Below, one piece after another: positions 57,297-64,000 of a stretch of DNA of 64,000 nt. The translations under genes and the position numbers were made by a program. The notes below the pieces were generated by a model. The model made no database searches and had not been told where the DNA came from. It was given only the letters and a program-made list of their open reading frames with translations. The first letter of the stretch is position 1. Each line of letters opens with the position of its first letter. The DNA comes from Spirochaetia bacterium. Lineage in GTDB: Bacteria; Spirochaetota; Spirochaetia; SZUA-6; Bin103. The stretch covers positions 896,001 to 960,000 of the forward strand of contig CBDBDQ010000005.1 in assembly GCA_965203905.1 (NCBI GenBank), given 5' to 3'.

Positions 57297-57592
57297 CGTT
57301 CGTCCGCGCGCTCCGCGACTATCAGCCGGCTGGCGCTGACCCCCTCGGGCAGCCGCGGACTCGGCATGGCCTGCAACTCGTCGACGGAACACGACGCCGC
57401 TGGAGGATCCGCGATTCCCCGACGAATGAGGTCCGCGACGGCCTGATCATCGTCGAGGCTTCCGGTCTGGTACGGCACGATCCGAGCTACCGGGGTGCCT
57501 CGGTGCACAATCAGCACCGACTCGCCGCCGGCCACCTCCGCAAGCAGTCGGCTCAGCCCGTTCTTGGCTTCGGTCACGCTGACCTTCTTCAT
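57293..57592 (-). CDS. Phd/YefM-family antitoxin
   Basis: VSVTEAKNGLSRLLAEVAGGESVLIVHRGTPVARIVP. Confidence 0.9.
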   Translation of the reverse strand: MKKVSVTEAKNGLSRLLAEVAGGESVLIVHRGTPVARIVPYQTGSLDDDQAVADLIRRGIADPPAASCSVDELQAMPSPRLPEGVSASRLIVAERADER

Positions 57593-57693
57593 CAGGCTAT
57601 TCTGGCTTGTTCATAAGAGCTTATCAACCCTGATACAAGGCGGATTGAGGGATGTGGTCAACGCACCCTATGCTGCGCCCGGGTTACTACAGC

Positions 57694-60120
57694 ATGGATC
57701 TGCAGCAGGCGTTCGCAACTTTCTCCGCTCCGCCGCGGGAGTTCGGGCCGATTCCCTTCTGGTTCCTGAACGACGATCTCGAAGAGGAGGAGCTGCTGCG
57801 CCAGCTCCATGCCTTTCACGACGCCCACTTCGGCGGTTTCGTGCTGCACGCGCGGGTCGGCCTCTCGCACCGCGTCGGATACCTCACCGACGAGTTCTTC
57901 CGCCTGGCGCGGCGGCTCGTGGCGGAGGCCGCCCGGCTCGGCATGAAGGTGATCCTGTACGACGAGGGCAGCTACCCGTCGGGATCGGCGCAGGGCGCGG
58001 TGGTCGCCGAGAACCCCCAGTACGCCAGTCAGGCGATGGGGCTGTGGCAGCGCACGGTGGAGGGTCCCTACGTCGGGTACTGGCGTCCCAACACCGGCCG
58101 GGCGCTGCTGGACCGCCACGTGTGCACGGTGGTCGGCCGCCACGGGCAGGACGGCGCCATCGATCCGCGGTCGGTGCGCGTGTTGGAGCCGTTGCCGCAC
58201 GACATCGTGCGCATCGACGTCCCGGCCGGCCGCTGGACCGCCATGAGCGTCTGGAACACGGCCAGTGGCGGCAACATCCGCGGCGTGTTCCCCGAGGAGG
58301 AGGACGGCAGCCTCACCGCCCCGCCAGCGGGCGACATCCTCAACCCCGACGCCGTGGCCTGCTTCCTGCGCCTCACCCACGACCGCTACTACGCGCACCT
58401 CCGGGAGTTCTTCGGCAGCACCATCATCGCCATGTTCACGGACGAGCCGCAGATCATGGGCCGGCACCCGCTGCGCCCCGCCGATCCCAAGCCCTACACC
58501 CCGGGACTGATCGACTGGCTGGCCGAACGCTGGGGTGAGGATCCGCGCCCCTGGCTGCCGGCGCTGTGGCTCGATTACGGCCCCGGCAGCGCCGCCTTTC
58601 GCCGCCGGTTCGACGCCGCCATCCAGCAGCGGCTTGAGGAAGTGTTCTTCGGCGCCCAGTCGCGCTGGTGCGCCGACCACGGCATCGCCCTTACCGGACA
58701 CCCGGCGGAGAGCGGCGAGCTGTCACCACTGCGCTACTTCCAGCTTCCGGGGCAGGACATGGTGTGGCGCTACGTGGAGCCGGACCGGCGCACGGCGATC
58801 GAGGGCCGCCACAGCGTCGCCGCCAAGGTGGCCACCAGCGGGGCGCGCCTCCAGGGCGCCCGCCGCATCCTCACCGAGGTGTGCGGCGCCTACGGCTGGC
58901 GTCTGACCCTGGAGGAGATGAAGTGGCTGTTCGACTGGCACCTGGTGCGGGGCAACAACCTGATCGACCCGCACGCGGTGTTCTACTCGATCCGCGGCCG
59001 GCGCGCCTGGGAAAGCGAGCCCGACCTGTTCCTGCACAACACCTGGCGGCCCTACGTCGGGCTGATCAACCGTCACGCTCAGCGGCTGAGCTGGCTGCTG
59101 TGCGACGGCCTGCAGGTGTGCCAGGTCGCCATCCTCGGTGACGGCAGCGCCATGCCGTGGCAGGCGGCGCGGCAGCTCTACCAGCGCCAGATCGACTTTC
59201 TCTACCTGGATGACAGCGCGGTGGCGGAGGCCGCGGTCGACGGCGCGGCCCTCGTGGCGGGTACCCAGGCCTACCGCGTCGTGGTGGTGGACGGGGACCC
59301 GGCGCTCGGCCCCGCGGCGCGTCGCGTGCTGGCGGCGTTCAGCGCCGCCGGCGGCCAGGTCATCGAGTTCGCGGAGGGCATGGACCTGCCGGCCCGCCTC
59401 GCCGGCCTGATCGACGCCGACCTGCGCCTGGAACCGGCCCATCCCGACCTGCGCTACCTCCACTACCGCAAGGGCGGGCTGGACTTCTACCTGCTGTGCA
59501 ACGAAGGCGGCGCGACCATCGAGGGCGAGGTGGAGCTGCGGGTCAGGGGCCGGATCGAGTGCTGGGATCCGCTGGCCGGTGTCCGGCGCGACGTGAACAC
59601 GCGCTCCACCGCTGACGGTGTGGCGGTCGCCCTGCACCTGCCGCGACGGGAGAGCGTGGTCCTGGCAGTCGACCCGCGGACCGATTTCGCACCCGCCACC
59701 CCTGGTGCGTACGACGAACAGCGCCTGCCGCTCGAGCTGTCGTGGCAGGTGTTCGCGGTGGCCGGTGCGCCGGTGGCGGGCCTCGGCCTCGGCGACTGGT
59801 CGCGCCACCCCGGCCTGGAGCTGTTCTCGGGAACCCTGTGCTACCGCGCCGAGTTGGAGATCCCGGACGCGGAAGCGGAGTTCGGAATCGGCCTCGGCGT
59901 CGTGGGCGACATCGCCGAGGTGATCGTGGACGGCACCTCGGAGGAGGTGCGCATGTGGGCGCCCTACGAGGTGTTCTTCACCGAGCCGCGAGCGGCCGGA
60001 CGGCACTGGATCGAGGTGCGGGTGACCAACAGCATGGCCAACGAGTACGAGGGGGCCCAGCTTCCCTCCGGGCTGATAGGTCCCGTGCACCTGATCCTGC
60101 GGCGCCGCCGCCCGGCATGA
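57694..60120 (+). CDS. Glycoside hydrolase, GH106 (alpha-L-rhamnosidase)-like
   Basis: PIPFWFLND, LYDEGSYPSG, FTDEP, LTGH, TEVCGAYGW, C-terminal SGLIGPV. Confidence 0.78.
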   Translation: MDLQQAFATFSAPPREFGPIPFWFLNDDLEEEELLRQLHAFHDAHFGGFVLHARVGLSHRVGYLTDEFFRLARRLVAEAARLGMKVILYDEGSYPSGSAQGAVVAENPQYASQAMGLWQRTVEGPYVGYWRPNTGRALLDRHVCTVVGRHGQDGAIDPRSVRVLEPLPHDIVRIDVPAGRWTAMSVWNTASGGNIRGVFPEEEDGSLTAPPAGDILNPDAVACFLRLTHDRYYAHLREFFGSTIIAMFTDEPQIMGRHPLRPADPKPYTPGLIDWLAERWGEDPRPWLPALWLDYGPGSAAFRRRFDAAIQQRLEEVFFGAQSRWCADHGIALTGHPAESGELSPLRYFQLPGQDMVWRYVEPDRRTAIEGRHSVAAKVATSGARLQGARRILTEVCGAYGWRLTLEEMKWLFDWHLVRGNNLIDPHAVFYSIRGRRAWESEPDLFLHNTWRPYVGLINRHAQRLSWLLCDGLQVCQVAILGDGSAMPWQAARQLYQRQIDFLYLDDSAVAEAAVDGAALVAGTQAYRVVVVDGDPALGPAARRVLAAFSAAGGQVIEFAEGMDLPARLAGLIDADLRLEPAHPDLRYLHYRKGGLDFYLLCNEGGATIEGEVELRVRGRIECWDPLAGVRRDVNTRSTADGVAVALHLPRRESVVLAVDPRTDFAPATPGAYDEQRLPLELSWQVFAVAGAPVAGLGLGDWSRHPGLELFSGTLCYRAELEIPDAEAEFGIGLGVVGDIAEVIVDGTSEEVRMWAPYEVFFTEPRAAGRHWIEVRVTNSMANEYEGAQLPSGLIGPVHLILRRRRPA

Positions 60121-60335
60121 CCGCGCCACCACTCCACCGTGGTCAGCGTCCTCGACGACCTGTTCGGCGAGCCGCTGTGGGCCGACCTGAGCACCTCTAC
60201 GCCGGCTGGCCGCCTCACGATCTCCTCAAGTACTTCTGGCGCTCCCTCAACCTCATAACCAACGCCTGACCAGCCGAACGGGGTATGGCGTGGCAACCCG
60301 GTGCCTGTCGAGCGCAAGCAGGTTCTGAACAGAGG

Positions 60336-60634
60336 TCAGGATGCCCGACTGAGCGAAGAGGCTGGATGGATGCCGTCGATGAGTCGGTGCCGGTCCCTGG
60401 CGAGCTTGCGAAAGTCGCACTCCACCTGAAGTCCGTGCCAGAACTGGTCCGACTGACCAAAAAAGCGCCGAAGCGAATGGACATGGCCGGCGTAATCGAC
60501 CGCCGGCCATGTACGATTTCGTTGATAGCGCGTGGGGCAACCCCTATCGCGCGGCTCATCGCGTTCTGAGAGATCCCCATCGGCTTGAGGTATTCCTCAA
60601 GAAGAATCTCACCCGGTGTGATCGGAGCCTTCAT
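60336..60634 (-). pseudogene. higA: Orphan HigA antitoxin with -1 frameshift in a T6 run
   Basis: [17 protein letters not shown]...RINEIVHG-type HTH; one more T at 60459-60464 restores [13 protein letters not shown]. Confidence 0.8.
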
Positions 60635-60638
60635 AACG

Positions 60639-62720
60639 TCAAGTGGATCGAATGTAGGAGACGAGGAGCATGTGGTACAGGGGCAGCTCGGGGATCTCGA
60701 CGGTGGCCTGGTCGTCTGTCTGGGTGCAGGGGAGCGGTTCGCCGCCGGGGGCCAGCCGGGCTTCCTGCACCTGCCGGCCGTCCATGTGGAGCGTGACTCG
60801 CAGGTGGTGGATGGGGAGCACCGGCAGCCGCTCCTGCAGGTTCACCAGGTGCACCACGAAGCGCTGCTCCTCTGGCTGGTCCCAGACCACCACCTCGACC
60901 TGCGCCGGGGCCTCGGCGGAGAAGCGGAACCGGCCCGGGTGCAGGGTGTCGATGAGGTGGCGGAATACGCCGGCGTGCACCCAGCGTTCCTCGCGCTCGA
61001 TCGGCGCGGAGACCCACAGCGCGCGGCCCCTGCCCACCTCGCGGTAGATCAGCGCGGGATGGCTCGTGGTCTTGCCGGGCGGGTTGGAGTGGATCGAGGC
61101 GAAGGCGCGCTCACCCGGCTTGGTTGAGGGGAGCGCCACGTGCGCCTTTACCGTTGCGGGGTCCTCCGCCGTCACCAGCACCTGTGGGCCGGGCACGGTG
61201 AGCGGGGCGCCGGCGGTCACCTCGGGCAGCCACGCTTCCTCTCCGACCAGCGGCGCGATGTAGGTGAACCGCTCCTCGGTCAGGCCCTGCACGGTCACGC
61301 CGAATAGCTCGGTGAAGTGGGACACCGAGGCGCCGCTGGCGTACAGGCTCCCACCCTCCTCCACGAAACGGGCGATGGCCGTCACCTCCTCTCCATCCAG
61401 CCGGTAGGCGTCGGCCAGCACCAGGGTGCCGAACTCGCCGAGTTGCCCCAGGGAAGCCTTGGTCACCACGCCGAACGGAACGTGGCGCTCGCGCAGCATG
61501 CGACTCGCCCCGACCGCCGCCTCCAGGTGCGGGTAACTGCCGCGGTCGGTGTAGTAGTCCGCCACCGGCGTGCCGTTGGCGGCCGGGTCCAGCTTCGAGT
61601 TCACCCCGAAGTACACGGCCACGTCCTCCACCGCCGTCCCGCCGAGGAATCGCTCGTACGCCATCGACTCACCGAACACCTCGCCCATCAGGCGGTAGAC
61701 GCGCGGGTCCTGGGTGCCGTCCAGGTTGATGGCGTCGATGAACAGCAGCGCCCCGCCGTGCGCCAGCGCGAGGAAGGTATTGAGCTGCAGGATCTGCTTC
61801 GGCTTGGTGTCGGTGTGGAAGGTGAGGCCGGGCTGGCAGCGCGAGGTCATGTACTCCCACGGCTGGTTCGGGGTCATGCGCCGCAGCAGCCGGGCGATGA
61901 AGGCGGCGTGGGTGAAGCTGCCGTAGAAGTCGCCGCCAAGGTAGTCGCACGCCGGCAGCATGCGGTCGGTGAAGCCGAACTCCCAGTTGATCGTGATCTG
62001 CGCGAAGTTGTGCTGCGTGCTGACGCCCGGCTTGAAGCCCCGGGCGGTATCCGAGACGAAGCTGCCCATCTCCGCCATCCACTGCTCGCGCTTGCCCTGG
62101 AAGGTGCACCAGTTCTCCTCGCTCCAGTCCACCACGAGGGGAATCTCGCGCCCGGCCTCGCGCCGGTAGCGCTCCTGGCAGTGTCCGCAGTAGCACACGT
62201 CGGGCCAGAAGTTCATGTCGAAGAACAAGCCCTCGAAGCGGTAGCCGGCGCACAGCTCGCGCAACTGCTCCACCACGAACTCGCGGTAGCCGGGGTTGTT
62301 GGGACAACAGATGCCATAGCGCGGCTTGAGCCAGCGGTGGAACCGCTCCCCTTCCCGCGACGGCTGGCCGCCGGAGTCGAGCAGGCGCCACTCGGGCTCC
62401 CGCTCGTAGGCGTAGTTGTTGAAGATCACGCTGTAGTAGGCGACCACGTCCATACCGGCCGCGTGGCAACCCGCGACGATCGCGCCGAACAGGTCGCGGC
62501 CGCCGATGCCGCGGTGCATGCGTCCGGAGCGAGTCGGCCAGTAGCAGTAGCCGACGTGGGAGTTGGCGTACACCATCGCCGCCTGCACCCGCGCCGTGCG
62601 CAGCAGCTCCACGTAGACGTCCGGGTCCAGGCGCGAGAGGAACCTCTCGTCCCAGTCCTCGATATGCATGTCCACCAGGTTGCGACGGTAGCTGGTAGCG
62701 TACCACGGGCGTTGTGCCAT
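60639..62720 (-). CDS. Glycoside hydrolase-like (GHL6/alpha-fucosidase-like TIM barrel plus beta-galactosidase trimerisation-like domain)
   Basis: [39 protein letters not shown]; GGAGGAG RBS. Confidence 0.75.
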   Translation of the reverse strand: MAQRPWYATSYRRNLVDMHIEDWDERFLSRLDPDVYVELLRTARVQAAMVYANSHVGYCYWPTRSGRMHRGIGGRDLFGAIVAGCHAAGMDVVAYYSVIFNNYAYEREPEWRLLDSGGQPSREGERFHRWLKPRYGICCPNNPGYREFVVEQLRELCAGYRFEGLFFDMNFWPDVCYCGHCQERYRREAGREIPLVVDWSEENWCTFQGKREQWMAEMGSFVSDTARGFKPGVSTQHNFAQITINWEFGFTDRMLPACDYLGGDFYGSFTHAAFIARLLRRMTPNQPWEYMTSRCQPGLTFHTDTKPKQILQLNTFLALAHGGALLFIDAINLDGTQDPRVYRLMGEVFGESMAYERFLGGTAVEDVAVYFGVNSKLDPAANGTPVADYYTDRGSYPHLEAAVGASRMLRERHVPFGVVTKASLGQLGEFGTLVLADAYRLDGEEVTAIARFVEEGGSLYASGASVSHFTELFGVTVQGLTEERFTYIAPLVGEEAWLPEVTAGAPLTVPGPQVLVTAEDPATVKAHVALPSTKPGERAFASIHSNPPGKTTSHPALIYREVGRGRALWVSAPIEREERWVHAGVFRHLIDTLHPGRFRFSAEAPAQVEVVVWDQPEEQRFVVHLVNLQERLPVLPIHHLRVTLHMDGRQVQEARLAPGGEPLPCTQTDDQATVEIPELPLYHMLLVSYIRST

Positions 62721-62736
62721 GGGCTCCTCCGGGCGA

Positions 62737-63870
62737 CTATTTGTACGGGTCGGCGGCGTCGCGCATGCCGTCGCCCAGGAAGTTGAACAGCAGCACCACC
62801 ACGATCACGAACAGGGCCGGGGTCAGCAGCCACGGGTTCACCACGATGGTGCGGATGTTCTGCGCGTCCTGCAGCAGCACACCCCAGCTCACCACCGGCG
62901 GGCGCAGCCCCAAGCCCAGGAAGCTGAGCGCCGTCTCGCCCAGGATCATGCCGGGGATGGCGAAGGTGAGATGCACGATCAGGTAGCTCATGAAGGCGGG
63001 CAGCAGGTGGCGCAGGATGATCGCCATGTCGCCGGCCCCGGCGATGCGCGCCGCCATGGCGTAGTCCTCCTCGCGCTGCACGATCAGCTTGCCGCGCACC
63101 GTGCGCGCCAGCCCGGTCCAGGCCAGGATGGAGAGGATCAGCAGGATCACGAAGTAGCGCTGCAGCGGTCCCCAGGTGGGCGGCAGCGCCGCCGCCAGCG
63201 CCGCCCACAGCGAGATGCCGGGTATCGACTGCAGGAACTCGATCAAGCGCTGGATGAACATGTCCACCGGCCCGCCGAAGTAGCCGGAGAGGCCGCCCAG
63301 CAGGCAGCCGATCACGAAGCTGATGGCGATGCCCACCAGTCCCACAGACAGCGAGATGCGCGACGCGGTGATCAGCCGCGACAGCAGGTCGCGCCCGAAG
63401 CGGTCGGCGCCCAGCAGGTACAGCACCTGCTCGCGGGTGCCGAACAGGTGCAGGTCCATGGGAACCAGGCCCCAGAACTTGTAAGGGTCGCCGCGCACGA
63501 AGAAGTAGATGTCGAAGCGCTGCGCGGTGTCGACGGTGTAGATCTCGCGCAGGGTCTCGGGGTCCAGGCTCTTGTCGAGGCCGTAGACGAACGGCCGTGG
63601 GCGGAAGCTTCCGTCCGCGTCGACGAAGCGGATCCGCTGCGGCGGCGCATAGACGTAGTCGTTGTTGCGGCGGGCGATGTCCTGCGGCGAGACAAACTCG
63701 CTGAAGGCCGCACCGAGGTAGAACAGGCCCAGCAGGTAGAGGCTCACCACGGCCAGTTTGTGGCGCCGGAACTTGCGCCACATCAGGCTCCACTGCGAGG
63801 CGCTGGAGAGGGCGTCGCGGTCGGCCTCGGCTGCGGCGGTGCGCGCGGCGCGGCGCGGTAGGGTGCTCAT
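62737..63870 (-). CDS. Peptide/oligosaccharide ABC permease (DppC-like)
   Basis: LGADRFGRD, ETALSFLGLG, GDGMRDAADPY. Confidence 0.92.
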   Translation of the reverse strand: MSTLPRRAARTAAAEADRDALSSASQWSLMWRKFRRHKLAVVSLYLLGLFYLGAAFSEFVSPQDIARRNNDYVYAPPQRIRFVDADGSFRPRPFVYGLDKSLDPETLREIYTVDTAQRFDIYFFVRGDPYKFWGLVPMDLHLFGTREQVLYLLGADRFGRDLLSRLITASRISLSVGLVGIAISFVIGCLLGGLSGYFGGPVDMFIQRLIEFLQSIPGISLWAALAAALPPTWGPLQRYFVILLILSILAWTGLARTVRGKLIVQREEDYAMAARIAGAGDMAIILRHLLPAFMSYLIVHLTFAIPGMILGETALSFLGLGLRPPVVSWGVLLQDAQNIRTIVVNPWLLTPALFVIVVVLLFNFLGDGMRDAADPYK

Positions 63871-64000
63871 CAGGCGCGCTCGTCGAAGCGGATTCTGGGG
63901 TCGACCACCACCAGCAGCATGTCGGAGAGGAACACCCCGACCACGGTCAGCGCCGAGATGATCATCACCACGCTGCCGGCCAGGTAGGTGTCCTGGGTGC
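63870..64000 (-). CDS. ABC permease (DppB-like), 3' end only
   Basis: Manual translation TQDTYLAGSVVMII...LSDMLLVVVDPRIRF. Confidence 0.85.
   Translation of the reverse strand, partial: TQDTYLAGSVVMIISALTVVGVFLSDMLLVVVDPRIRFDERA

Noticed and set aside
56840-60299. GTGGCAACCC occurring near both higA genes (56840 and 60290)
   Set aside because: Only 10 bp in GC-rich DNA and inconsistent orientation relative to higA; likely chance

Overview
High-GC bacterial chromosomal segment. Its catabolic backbone carries sugar, peptide and branched-chain ABC transporters, two sulfatases, tandem BNR/sialidase-like proteins, FG-GAP proteins, two glycoside hydrolase-like genes and several oxidoreductases. 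This gene content resembles host-associated glycan scavengers such as sponge symbionts, but that is inference only. Lower-GC defence and toxin-antitoxin (TA) material repeatedly interrupts the backbone. The left end holds the start of a BREX-type locus (brxA-like, brxB, partial brxC). Beside it lies an unusual translationally coupled three-gene operon: a coiled-coil ABC ATPase, a HEAT-like/histidine kinase and a receiver-phosphotransferase fusion. This is the best candidate for an undescribed signalling-type defence system. A second candidate is a low-GC pair at 20.1-21.6 kb (small ADP-ribosyltransferase-like ORF plus a DUF6575-like ORF). About 15 TA modules or remnants occur, with no recognisable integrase or intact transposase. 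Several sit next to short diverged copies of neighbouring gene ends, and 40.3-49.8 kb is a mosaic of such fragments. No rRNA, tRNA or CRISPR array was seen. All family assignments come from motif recognition by eye, not database searches.
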